Part shown: positions 1 to 9,208 of the stretch, piece by piece | Layout of the letters: the number at the start of each line of letters is the position of its first letter | Position numbering within the stretch: the stretch's first letter is position 1 | DNA from: a virus | Lineage: Duplodnaviria > Caudoviricetes | Reading direction: 5' to 3' (one strand) | Virus record (IMG/VR): IMGVR_UViG_3300044695_006401 | Length of the DNA stretch: 64,000 nucleotides | The notes under the pieces: model-generated | Database searches by the model: none | What the model was told of the DNA's origin: nothing | The model's input: the letters and a program-made list of their open reading frames with translations, nothing else | Program-made: the position numbers and the translations under genes

Positions 1-330
1 AAAAATAAGAAAGTTATTACAATATATTATAATGGTAAAGATAACGGAGGTAAGGGTTATCGCACCATAGAACCCGTATGTTTAGGTTTTAGTAAAAAAA
101 ACAATTTAGTTTTAAGGGCTTGGGAAAGAGAAGGTTCTTCATACTCAGCAAACAATGAAGGTAATATTTTACCAGGATGGAGGTTGTTCAGAGTAGATAA
201 AATATTTACATTTAAGCCTACAATGGATAATTTTACTGAAGTTAGACCTTTATATAACCCTAATGGTGATAGGTCTATGATACAAGTTTTGGTTAACGCA
301 AAATTTAATAACGAAGAAAATATAGCATAG
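1..330 (+). CDS. WYL-domain protein, 5'-truncated at the window edge (not in ORF track)
   Basis: Frame 1 is open from 1 to TAG at 328-330: KNKKVITIYYNGKDNGGKGYRTIEPVCLG...LVLRAW...PGWRLFRVDKI. The R-x-x-E-P...W-R-x-F-R-x-D-x-I pattern is typical of WYL domains. Confidence 0.7.
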   Translation, partial: KNKKVITIYYNGKDNGGKGYRTIEPVCLGFSKKNNLVLRAWEREGSSYSANNEGNILPGWRLFRVDKIFTFKPTMDNFTEVRPLYNPNGDRSMIQVLVNAKFNNEENIA

Positions 331-331
331 T

Positions 332-955
332 ATGTCAGATTTAATGCAGAAATTAGCAATGTCAAAAAAAATAATGGATGCTCATAGTAATATCCAAAGG
401 GGTAACGCGACCCCATCAACCCCAATGGTAGAGAACTTCCAAACTCCACAAGCGTCTTACAATATCCCTCAAGAGTTTGCCAGTGAAATATCAACACCAC
501 AAAGGTCAAGTTTTGATCCATCACAACCTATCGAGGAGAGTAGAATTAAAAATTCAAAATTACCAGACGAAATAAAAAAATTAATGATCGAACAACCAAT
601 TGTTCAACCTAGTTCTATGAATGGTGGATCAGTAATTAGTGATGATGTCATTGAGGGAGCACAAAGGCTGATGAATTTAAACAGAAGTTCATCAGATCAA
701 CAACCTCAGTCAGTTAAGAATTTAACAACCAATCCACAACAACAACCATCACCATCTAATTTCAATATGAATGAAATGAAATCTATGATTAGGGATGTTG
801 TTAGAGATACCGTAAAAGATGTTGTCCAAGAAGAATTACGACAATCAGGTATGTTAGTTGAGTCAACAACTAACTCAAATGATACCATACAATTCAAAGT
901 AGGAAATCACCTTTTTATTGGTAGGGTCACGAAAGTTAAGAAATTAGTACAATAA
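332..955 (+). CDS. hypothetical protein (Q/S/N/P-rich, short conserved-looking C-terminus)
   Basis: 207-aa ORF co-oriented with neighbours and followed by a terminator; no recognisable motif. Confidence 0.75.
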   Translation: MSDLMQKLAMSKKIMDAHSNIQRGNATPSTPMVENFQTPQASYNIPQEFASEISTPQRSSFDPSQPIEESRIKNSKLPDEIKKLMIEQPIVQPSSMNGGSVISDDVIEGAQRLMNLNRSSSDQQPQSVKNLTTNPQQQPSPSNFNMNEMKSMIRDVVRDTVKDVVQEELRQSGMLVESTTNSNDTIQFKVGNHLFIGRVTKVKKLVQ

Positions 956-960
956 TAAAT

Positions 961-987
961 AATCCACCTCACAAGGGTGGATTTTTT
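961..987 (+). terminator. Rho-independent terminator
   Basis: AATCCACC(961-968)/GGTGGATT(976-983) stem followed by a T-run, just after the stop at 955. Confidence 0.75.
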
Positions 988-1027
988 GATTTATAATACC
1001 TACTTTTTACTTAAAATAATTTCATTT

Positions 1028-2236
1028 ATGAGTAAAATTAAGGTATTGGTATTACCATCAGATAAGACAGGTGTTGGTAAATTTAGAAGTGTGGATCCAC
1101 ATGTATGTCTACAAAATAATCATTCAGATGAATTTCATGTTGATATTGATTACGAACCTAAAGTAAATGATCTAAATTATTGGAAACAATACGATATAGT
1201 TCATTTTCATAGAACAATAGGTCACGACTATGATAATTCTGTGAACCTCATACAAAAGTTAAATTTATTGGGTATTGTTACTATTGCCGATATTGACGAT
1301 TATTGGTTACCAACAAAAGAACATCCAGTTCACCAATTAGTTATCGAAAATAAGTTGCACCAAAAAATTATGAACAACTTAAAAGTTGCTCAACATGTGA
1401 CAACAACAACTTCTGTTTTTGCCGCAGAAATTAGCAAGTTAAATAAAAATGTTTATGTGCTACCTAACGCAATTAACCCAAAAGAACCACAATTCCAACA
1501 CGAAACAAAACCTTGTGACAAACTTAGATTTGGTTGGTTAGGTGGGTCATCTCACTTACACGATTTGAAATTACTTGACGGAACTATTAGTAAACTAAAA
1601 CCTCAACAAGATAAATTTGAAATGTATCTTTGTGGGTTTGATATCAGAGGGACAGTTACAGAAATTAACCAACAAACTAAAGAACAAAAACAAAGACCTA
1701 TTAGACCTGAAGAAACTGTTTGGGCTCGGTACGAAGAAATTTTTACAAACAACTATCAGTTTGTTGACCCTACCCACAAAGACTTCCTAATGAAATTTGA
1801 AGATAAACCATATGATGAAGAATCTTTTTATCATAGAGTATGGACTAAACCTGTCACTAGTTATGCTTCTAATTACAGATTATTCGATGTATCGTTAGCA
1901 CCAATTAAAAATCACATTTTTAACAGAGTTAAATCACAATTAAAGGTAATTGAGGCGGGTTTTTACAAAAAGGCAATTATCGCATCTAACATTGGTCCTT
2001 ATAGTATTGATTTAAAACATGCATTGAAGAATGGTGAATTTACAGATGGTAATGCGTTATTGGTTGATGAAGTTAGAAATCATAGTGATTGGCAAAAATA
2101 TATGAAGAAACTAATAGATAACCCTAATTGGGCTTATGATTTAGGTCAAAAATTATATGAGACCGTAAAGGACACATACGATCTTAATAAAGTGACAAGA
2201 GACAGAGCTGAACTATATAAAACACTTGTAAAATGA
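1028..2236 (+). CDS. GT-B fold glycosyltransferase (GT4-like)
   Basis: FDVSLAPIKNHIFNRVKSQLKVIEAGFYKKAIIASN resembles the GT-B nucleotide-sugar-binding region. The track start at 977 lies inside the terminator, so ATG 1028 (MSKIKVLV) is preferred. Confidence 0.8.
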   Translation: MSKIKVLVLPSDKTGVGKFRSVDPHVCLQNNHSDEFHVDIDYEPKVNDLNYWKQYDIVHFHRTIGHDYDNSVNLIQKLNLLGIVTIADIDDYWLPTKEHPVHQLVIENKLHQKIMNNLKVAQHVTTTTSVFAAEISKLNKNVYVLPNAINPKEPQFQHETKPCDKLRFGWLGGSSHLHDLKLLDGTISKLKPQQDKFEMYLCGFDIRGTVTEINQQTKEQKQRPIRPEETVWARYEEIFTNNYQFVDPTHKDFLMKFEDKPYDEESFYHRVWTKPVTSYASNYRLFDVSLAPIKNHIFNRVKSQLKVIEAGFYKKAIIASNIGPYSIDLKHALKNGEFTDGNALLVDEVRNHSDWQKYMKKLIDNPNWAYDLGQKLYETVKDTYDLNKVTRDRAELYKTLVK

Positions 2237-2958
2237 TAAATGTACCTTTAACCAAAATTTTATTTTTAGATATTGAAACTGTTGGTGGTTGCCCTGATTA
2301 CCAATCATGTATAAAAACCAATCCTACTGTCGCACATCAGTTTGACAAATACTTTGATTGGTTTTTAAAAAGATTTCCCGAAGACAAAGAATTCGGAGAG
2401 GGTAGGACCACAGAGGAACACATGGATATAGTATTTAAAAAACGAGCGGCTCTTGTTCCTGAGTTCGCAAAAATAGTTTGTGTTTCTATGGCATTTGTTT
2501 TAGACAATGGTGAAGTAAAAAAACAAACTTTTTCAGGTGATGATGAACAGAAACTTTTATCTGAGGTTAGAAACTTGTTAAATAGAACCCACAAATTAGA
2601 TTTCTATCTTTGTGGTCATAACCTAAAGAACTTTGATATCCCAATGTTGGCAAAAAGAATGATCATAAATGGTTTGGAGCCATCTAAAATTCTTCCTTCA
2701 TACGACACTAAACCGTGGGAAGTCAAAGCAATTGATACTAAAGAAGTATGGCAATATGGTGCTTACACAGCAATTGGATCACTAGATTTAATGTGCGCGT
2801 GTTTAGATATCCCAACACCTAAAGATGGACCTGTGAATGGTGGGATGGTTCACGAGGCATATTGGAGCAATAACATGTTAAATGAAATATCAGAATATTG
2901 TGAAAAGGATGTTGATGTTTTAATTGAAGCAATAATGAAATTAAAATCTTTAAAATAA
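2233..2958 (+). CDS. stand-alone 3'-5' exonuclease related to the PolB proofreading domain
   Basis: ExoI FLDIET, ExoII GHNLKNFDIP, ExoIII YCEKDV. Confidence 0.85.
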   Translation: MINVPLTKILFLDIETVGGCPDYQSCIKTNPTVAHQFDKYFDWFLKRFPEDKEFGEGRTTEEHMDIVFKKRAALVPEFAKIVCVSMAFVLDNGEVKKQTFSGDDEQKLLSEVRNLLNRTHKLDFYLCGHNLKNFDIPMLAKRMIINGLEPSKILPSYDTKPWEVKAIDTKEVWQYGAYTAIGSLDLMCACLDIPTPKDGPVNGGMVHEAYWSNNMLNEISEYCEKDVDVLIEAIMKLKSLK

Positions 2959-2959
2959 A

Positions 2960-3562
2960 ATGTTTGATAATATTAAAAATTTAAGAGAGAGTGTTAAGAT
3001 AATGAAAGAGTTGCAAGGAAAATTCAATGGAATTGATATGAGCAGCCCTGAACAAATGTTATCATCAATGGGTGTTAGTGAAGACGATTTAAATTCGTAT
3101 TTTGAAGATTCCTTAACAAAAAAAGTTAATTTAAAATATACTAACAGTACCGACAACAAAGATCCTGAATATGCTTATGAATCTGATTCGGGATTTGATT
3201 TAAGAGCTTCTCAAGAAATTGAGATACAACCATTAGGTAGAAATCTAATACCGACGGGAATAAGATTTGACATCCCTGATGGTTACGAAATACAAGTAAG
3301 GTCTAAAAGTGGTTTAGCCCTTAATCAAGGATTAATGGTTTTAAACTCACCAGGAACTGTAGACAGTGGTTACCAAGGAGAAGTTAAGGTTATTATTTTT
3401 AACACAACAAACGAAGTGGTAAAAATAGAAAAAGGTCAAAAAGTCGCACAAGCAGTTTTCTGTCCGGTAGTAAATGGTAAGTGGGTTAATTTAACGAAAA
3501 TTTCTGAGATTGGAAAAAAAGACAGAAATGATAATGGGTTTGGGTCAACAGGTTTAAAATGA
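2960..3562 (+). CDS. dut: trimeric dUTPase with a ~55-aa N-terminal extension
   Basis: Motifs SGFDL, RSKSGLA, GTVDSGYQGE, KVAQ and C-terminal RNDNGFGSTG. Confidence 0.92.
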   Translation: MFDNIKNLRESVKIMKELQGKFNGIDMSSPEQMLSSMGVSEDDLNSYFEDSLTKKVNLKYTNSTDNKDPEYAYESDSGFDLRASQEIEIQPLGRNLIPTGIRFDIPDGYEIQVRSKSGLALNQGLMVLNSPGTVDSGYQGEVKVIIFNTTNEVVKIEKGQKVAQAVFCPVVNGKWVNLTKISEIGKKDRNDNGFGSTGLK

Positions 3563-4650
3563 TTACTATAGGATTTTCAACGAGAAAGATTAATGATGGT
3601 TTTATTGAACTATTAAAAAAATCATGTGGAGTACCAAATCCGCAGATTATACCAATTGAAAATGAAGGTAAGTATTCACTACCTGAAGCATATAATATGA
3701 TATTGGAACAATCGACAAATGATATCGTCGTATTGTGTCATGATGACATTTATTTTGATAGTAAAAATTGGGGTACAAAAATTATTAAACATTTTAAAAG
3801 AAATACTGACTATGGTATTTTAGGTCTTGCCGGGTCAACTCAACTACCCTCATCTGCTAAATGGTGGGAAGACTTTTCTAAAATGAAAGGTATTGTTAAT
3901 CACGAACACGGAGGAAAAAAATGGGAGTCAAAATACTCAGAGAGTTTAGGGAATCAAATTGAAAATGTGGTTTTGGTGGACGGACTTTTAATCGCATTAA
4001 ATAAAAAAAATATCAAAGAAAAATTTAACGAGAACATAAAAGGGTTTCACTTTTATGATGTTGATTTTTCATTTAGAAATTTCATTAGAGGTGTTAAAAT
4101 TGGAGTTATGTATGATGTAAGAGTAACTCACAAATCAATCGGAGCAACAAATGACCAATGGGAACAAAACAGAATTATTTTTGCAGAAAATAATAAAGAA
4201 AATCTTCCGTTGAAAGTTAAAATGGATTTAGATAAAAATTCAAGGTTAAAGGTTCTAATTTATACTAAAAACTATGAGTCGTCAAAACCCCTACTTGATA
4301 TTTTAAACCAAACAAAATATAATGTTAGTTTCTGTGGTATCTTGGACCAAAAAACAATTAATCATTTCAAAGGGAAATCAATTAATTTATACCCAATAAC
4401 CGAACCAAATGGTTTTAAAATCGGTGACGGTAAATGGGGGTCAAACACACCTAATGGTTTTGTTCTTGCTGAACCTAATAAGTTATATAAAATAAAAGAA
4501 ATATACTATGACATTATACATGTTTTTGACGATGTGTCTAAAAAAGAAGCCACTAACTTGTACCCGTTATGTAATGTTATGTACAGAGAGTCAAAATTTG
4601 AAAATGTTGGAGATTTAATAAATTGTTACAATAAAATAATAAATGGTTAA
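3559..4650 (+). CDS. GT2-like glycosyltransferase with a divergent C-terminal region
   Basis: AYNMILE...VVLCHDD (DxD-like), VVLVDGLLI, GFHFYDVDFSFR. Confidence 0.75.
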   Translation: MITIGFSTRKINDGFIELLKKSCGVPNPQIIPIENEGKYSLPEAYNMILEQSTNDIVVLCHDDIYFDSKNWGTKIIKHFKRNTDYGILGLAGSTQLPSSAKWWEDFSKMKGIVNHEHGGKKWESKYSESLGNQIENVVLVDGLLIALNKKNIKEKFNENIKGFHFYDVDFSFRNFIRGVKIGVMYDVRVTHKSIGATNDQWEQNRIIFAENNKENLPLKVKMDLDKNSRLKVLIYTKNYESSKPLLDILNQTKYNVSFCGILDQKTINHFKGKSINLYPITEPNGFKIGDGKWGSNTPNGFVLAEPNKLYKIKEIYYDIIHVFDDVSKKEATNLYPLCNVMYRESKFENVGDLINCYNKIING

Positions 4651-5434
4651 AATAATTTCAGGATGGAGTGACCGAGGTGGATCAACTTTCGCATTTATCA
4701 ACTTAACTAATAAACTTAATGAAAGCGGTATAGATACAACCTTTTATGGTCCACACCCTTGGCATTTAGATAAATGCAAATCAGGACTTTTAGATGAAAA
4801 ATTTAGATTATACGAAAATGATATTGTAATAACTCATTTTTTAAATTTAGGTGATAGACCAAATGTAAAAAAGATTATTTTATCATGTCACGAAAAAAAT
4901 TTATTTGAGGTTGGTAAAATTAAAAAGTATTGGGATACGGTTGTATTTGTAAATAATAAACAGAGAGAATATCATAATCAGTACAATGGTCCTTTTGAAA
5001 TAATACCAAACATAAAAGAAGTTTTGGAAAAAAAAGAAAAGGATGAATCTGTAAAAAATGTTGCGGGTATTGTGGGATCTATAGATGAGAACAAACAAAC
5101 CCATGTCTCAATCGAGAGAGCAATTGAAGATGGTATGGAGAAAATATATTTGTTTGGAAATATTAGTGACCAAAATTATTATGAAAAAAAAGTAAAACCT
5201 CTTATCGATAATGATAAGGTTGTTGAATATGGTTTTGTTTCGGATAAACAAAAAATTTACGACATGATCAATTATGCTTACCTTTCTTCAAAAAGTGAAG
5301 TTGCATCACTTGTTAAAGATGAATGCGAATCCACTGGAACAATTTTTAAAGGAAACTTCGCAACAAACAACGATTCAGAGTCAATTACTAATTCTGAAAT
5401 CATAGAAAAATGGATAAAATTATTAATGAACTAA
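4643..5434 (+). CDS. GT-B fold glycosyltransferase-like protein
   Basis: GWSDRGGST N-terminal loop, VAGIVGSIDENKQ, YLSSKSEVASLV (GT4-like acceptor/donor motifs). Confidence 0.6.
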   Translation: MVKIISGWSDRGGSTFAFINLTNKLNESGIDTTFYGPHPWHLDKCKSGLLDEKFRLYENDIVITHFLNLGDRPNVKKIILSCHEKNLFEVGKIKKYWDTVVFVNNKQREYHNQYNGPFEIIPNIKEVLEKKEKDESVKNVAGIVGSIDENKQTHVSIERAIEDGMEKIYLFGNISDQNYYEKKVKPLIDNDKVVEYGFVSDKQKIYDMINYAYLSSKSEVASLVKDECESTGTIFKGNFATNNDSESITNSEIIEKWIKLLMN

Positions 5435-5438
5435 ACTT

Positions 5439-6152
5439 ATGGTAATTGTAACTACTTTATTTAATGCTGAAAATTATATTGAAAGGTGTATTGGTTCGAT
5501 TATGGGTCAAACACATACAGATTTTAAATGTTATATAACAGATGACATCTCTACAGACAACAGTGTCTCTAAAGTTGAAAACATGATTAAAGGTGACGAT
5601 AGATTCCTTTTAATTAAAAATGAAAAAAAGATGTATCAGCCAGGAAACTACGACCAAGTAATTAGAAACAACCCAAACATTCAAGACAACGAAATAATTG
5701 TAGAAGTAGACGGAGATGATTGGTTACCTGATTCAAAAGCCTTGGAAAGAATATATAATGTTTACTCAAACCCAAATGTGTGGATAGCTAATGGAAGTTT
5801 TAAATACTCTACAGGTCAACCCGGTTTTTCTTCAAAACAAACAAATTTTGATAATCTTAGGAATGTAAGATTTACTGCATCTCATATCAGAACTTGGAGA
5901 GCTTTCCTATGGAGAAAAATTGATCAATCTGATCTGAAAGATGAGAATGGTGAATTTTGGAAAGTTACAGGTGATTTATCTTTTATGTACCCGATGCTTG
6001 AAATGTCCGGAGAAAATAGATATAGATTCATGACTGATGTAAATTATGTATATAACGAACAAAATCCCATAAATGATCATAAAGTCGATCTTAAGTTGGT
6101 AAACGAAATTGCCGATAAAATTAGAAATATGAAACCATATAAATTGTTATGA
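5439..6152 (+). CDS. GT2 glycosyltransferase
   Basis: IVTTLFNAENYIERC, ITDDISTDNS, EVDGDDWL. Confidence 0.88.
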   Translation: MVIVTTLFNAENYIERCIGSIMGQTHTDFKCYITDDISTDNSVSKVENMIKGDDRFLLIKNEKKMYQPGNYDQVIRNNPNIQDNEIIVEVDGDDWLPDSKALERIYNVYSNPNVWIANGSFKYSTGQPGFSSKQTNFDNLRNVRFTASHIRTWRAFLWRKIDQSDLKDENGEFWKVTGDLSFMYPMLEMSGENRYRFMTDVNYVYNEQNPINDHKVDLKLVNEIADKIRNMKPYKLL

Positions 6153-6844
6153 GTCCTTTATTTTCAATTTGTATACCCACATGGGAGCAAAATGGTTTTG
6201 GGGGGGTTTATTTGTCTAAATTGCTCGACACAATTAAAACTCAAACACTCCAAGACTTTGAAGTTGTGATTTCGGACCACAGTACAACTAACCTAATACA
6301 GGATGTGGTTAAAAAGTACTCTTCTGATATTAATATAGTTTATGTCACTAACCAAGAAAAAATTGGTAATAGCCCATCCAACACCAACAACTCAATCAAA
6401 CATTCAAAAGGGAAAATTATTAAGGTGATGTTCCAAGACGATTTTTTATTTAACAATAAATCATTAGAAATGATCTCTTCTAAATTCGAAGATAATGTAA
6501 TGTGGGTTGTCAATGGGTGTAATCACACAGATTCTAATAACAGTAAGTATTGGAATTACATGGTCCCAAGTTGGAATGACTCAATATATAGAGGGATAAA
6601 CACAATAAGTTCCCCGTCCGTTTTGTCTTTTAGAAAAGATTCTAACATTCTTTTTGATGATAATCTAGTGATGCTCATGGATTGTGAGATTTATTATAAT
6701 TTTTACACTAAATACGGATTACCCGCAATAATACCCGAAACTCTTATTACGAATAGATTACATGAAAATCAAATTAGTTCCAACTATAGGTTAGACATTA
6801 ATGATGAGATAAACTATGTCATAAAAAAATATAATATCATATAA
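6149..6844 (+). CDS. GT2 glycosyltransferase
   Basis: SICIPTWE, FEVVISDHS, KVMFQDD, ISSPS, MDCE. Confidence 0.85.
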   Translation: MSPLFSICIPTWEQNGFGGVYLSKLLDTIKTQTLQDFEVVISDHSTTNLIQDVVKKYSSDINIVYVTNQEKIGNSPSNTNNSIKHSKGKIIKVMFQDDFLFNNKSLEMISSKFEDNVMWVVNGCNHTDSNNSKYWNYMVPSWNDSIYRGINTISSPSVLSFRKDSNILFDDNLVMLMDCEIYYNFYTKYGLPAIIPETLITNRLHENQISSNYRLDINDEINYVIKKYNII

Positions 6845-7626
6845 TGAATATTATTAGTACAAATTTAATGGGGGGATTAGGTAACTGTCTATTTCAAATC
6901 GCAGCGGCATATGCAACATCTTTAAGGGATTCTAAAAAGTTTATCTGTCCAAAAGTTGTATCTCACGGATCACATAAACCAATAAACAATTATTTTAATA
7001 ATATTTTTAGCAGAATAGAATTTGGGTCAATACCCTCAGATATTCAGTTATACCATGAACCCCGTTTTCATTATAATGAAATACCTAATGCACATAACAA
7101 CATCATGTTATACGGATATTTCCAATCTGAAAAATATTTTAATGTTTATAGGAATGAGATTTTAAATTTGTTCTCAGCTACCAATGAAATTGAAAATAAG
7201 TTAACTACAAAATATTTCCACTTACTCCAAAAAAAAACTTGCTCAATTCACATAAGGAGGGGGGATTATGTGAGGTTGAGCGATTCCCACACGGTACAAC
7301 CAATTGACTATTATGAAAAAGCAACTAATATTATTGGTGAGGGTTGTGAGTATTTGATATTTTCAGATGATATAGAATGGTGTAAAGAAAATTTTAGTTT
7401 CCTTAAAAATACCCATTTCATAGAAGGGGACACTGATTTTGAAAATCTATATTTAATGTCAATGTGTTATCATAACATAATTGCAAATTCAACATTCAGT
7501 TGGTGGGGAGCGTGGTTAAATAAAAATGAAGATAAAAAAGTTATATGTCCATCCGATTGGTTTGGACCAATAAATAAACATTTACAAACCAAGGACATTT
7601 ATCCCACAAAATGGATTGTAATATAA
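6844..7626 (+). CDS. GT11 alpha-1,2-fucosyl/colitosyltransferase
   Basis: GGLGNCLFQ, GYFQSEKYF, SIHIRRGDY, NSTFSWWGAWL are the GT11 signature motifs. Confidence 0.92.
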   Translation: MNIISTNLMGGLGNCLFQIAAAYATSLRDSKKFICPKVVSHGSHKPINNYFNNIFSRIEFGSIPSDIQLYHEPRFHYNEIPNAHNNIMLYGYFQSEKYFNVYRNEILNLFSATNEIENKLTTKYFHLLQKKTCSIHIRRGDYVRLSDSHTVQPIDYYEKATNIIGEGCEYLIFSDDIEWCKENFSFLKNTHFIEGDTDFENLYLMSMCYHNIIANSTFSWWGAWLNKNEDKKVICPSDWFGPINKHLQTKDIYPTKWIVI

Positions 7627-7638
7627 AAATTTTTTAAA

Positions 7639-8538
7639 ATGAAAGTATGTGTAGTAGGTGGTGCAGGATTTATTGGTCACCATATCGTAAAAAAGTTTTT
7701 AAGTTTAGGTCATCAAGTATTGGTAATTGATGACTTGAGCACGGGTAAATTAGAAAATATCCCAAATAACTGTGAATTTATAAAATCCGATGTTTCAGAA
7801 ATTGATATGGAAACTTTAGTCAATTATTTGGAAGGTGTTGATTTGGTGTACCACACTGCAGCCAAAGCAAGGGTACAACCTTCGATTGTAGACCCAATTT
7901 CTTTTAATAGGGCGAATGTAGATTCAACATTGAGAATTTTAGTTGCGTCACATAGGTCAAAAGTAAAACGAGTTATTTATTCAGCATCAAGTAGTGTCTA
8001 TGGTGATACTAACATATTCCCAACACCTGAAACTGCAAACCCCAACCCAATGAGTCCTTATGGATTACAAAAATTTATTGGAGAGCAATACTGTAAACTT
8101 TTTTCCGAAGTCTACAATTTAGATACGGTATCTCTTAGATATTTCAATGTTTATGGTGAAGGTATGTTAGATGAAGGGGCTTATTGTACTGTGATTGGTA
8201 TCTTTGCTAATCAATATAAACAATCTAAACATTTAACAATAACCAACGATGGTGAGCAAAAAAGAGACTTTACATATGTTGGGGATGTTGTCGAAGCAAA
8301 TTATTTAGCCGGAGTATATGAAGAATCTTTCAACGGTGATGTATTTAATGTCGGTAACGGTGACAATTATAGTATTAACGAAATTGCAGATTTATTTGAA
8401 TCAGAAAAAGTTTACAATGAACAAAGGTTAGAACCTTATATCACTTTGGCAGACAACAGTAAAATTAAAAACAAGTTGGGGTGGATTCCTAAAGGTAATG
8501 TAATATCTTGGGTGAAAAAATATAAAAAAACTTTATGA
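7639..8538 (+). CDS. NAD-dependent nucleotide-sugar epimerase/dehydratase (extended SDR)
   Basis: GGAGFIG, SASSSVYG, YGLQK (YxxxK), LRYFNVYG, RDFTYVGDV. Confidence 0.92.
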   Translation: MKVCVVGGAGFIGHHIVKKFLSLGHQVLVIDDLSTGKLENIPNNCEFIKSDVSEIDMETLVNYLEGVDLVYHTAAKARVQPSIVDPISFNRANVDSTLRILVASHRSKVKRVIYSASSSVYGDTNIFPTPETANPNPMSPYGLQKFIGEQYCKLFSEVYNLDTVSLRYFNVYGEGMLDEGAYCTVIGIFANQYKQSKHLTITNDGEQKRDFTYVGDVVEANYLAGVYEESFNGDVFNVGNGDNYSINEIADLFESEKVYNEQRLEPYITLADNSKIKNKLGWIPKGNVISWVKKYKKTL

Positions 8539-9206
8539 AAATAGCAGTTATAACATCACATATAGGATTACCTAACCCATTGAGGGATCCTGAAATCGAG
8601 TTTGATGGGGTTGATTATTTTGCATTTGTTGACAGGCAACACGACTGCAAGATATGGAAACAAATTCCTCACATTGATTTTTCTTTAGATGAAGAATATA
8701 AGTCGAGGAGAAATGCTAAAATATATAAGGTACTGCCTAATCTTTTTTTTCCTAACTATGATTATTGGTTTTGGATGGATACCACTCACGACCTTATCAT
8801 GGATCCCTCTGAAGTTATAAAAAATTACATGGGAGATTCAGAAATAGGTCTTTGGGTCCACACATCTAGAAATTGTGCTTATCAAGAAGGAGAAGAAATA
8901 AAAAGACTTAAATATGATCATATTAATTTAGTCGACAATCAACTAAATTACTATAGATCTCAAGGGTTCCCCGAAAATTACGGATTGTTTGAATTACCTG
9001 TAAGTATTAGAAAAAATACTCATAATGTACAAAAATTAAATTTGAGATGGTGGGATCAAATTTCTAGATATTCATCAAGAGATCAGATAAGTATGCCATT
9101 TGTTATTTGGAAAACAGGTGTTGACATTAAAATTTTACCGGGGTTTTCTAATGGTGGGTTAGGAAAAAATCCGATAATGCCTCAAGTAAGAATCAAAGGT
9201 CAATAA
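8535..9206 (+). CDS. DUF616/TOD1-like putative glycosyltransferase
   Basis: RRNAKIYKVLP, FWMD, RNCAYQE, SRDQISMPFVIWK match my recollection of this family. Confidence 0.7.
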   Translation: MKIAVITSHIGLPNPLRDPEIEFDGVDYFAFVDRQHDCKIWKQIPHIDFSLDEEYKSRRNAKIYKVLPNLFFPNYDYWFWMDTTHDLIMDPSEVIKNYMGDSEIGLWVHTSRNCAYQEGEEIKRLKYDHINLVDNQLNYYRSQGFPENYGLFELPVSIRKNTHNVQKLNLRWWDQISRYSSRDQISMPFVIWKTGVDIKILPGFSNGGLGKNPIMPQVRIKGQ

Positions 9207-9208
9207 AT

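Noticed and set aside
57-524. Antisense ORFs overlapping well-supported genes (e.g. 57..524, 18554..18919, 21455..21919, 30135..30605, 32684..33127, 37183..37533)
   Set aside because: They lie fully opposite genes with clear motifs or operon context and show no motifs of their own.
977-1027. Upstream start extensions in the ORF track (977, 12854, 22549, 42942, 46712, 49345)
   Set aside because: They begin inside terminators, promoters or the previous gene; downstream ATGs fit better.
2233-3562. DNA hypermodification as the purpose of the GT cluster, suggested by the interleaved dUTPase and exonuclease
   Set aside because: No dNMP hydroxymethylase, TET/JBP or base-modifying kinase was recognised in this window. 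Not excluded genome-wide, but unsupported here.
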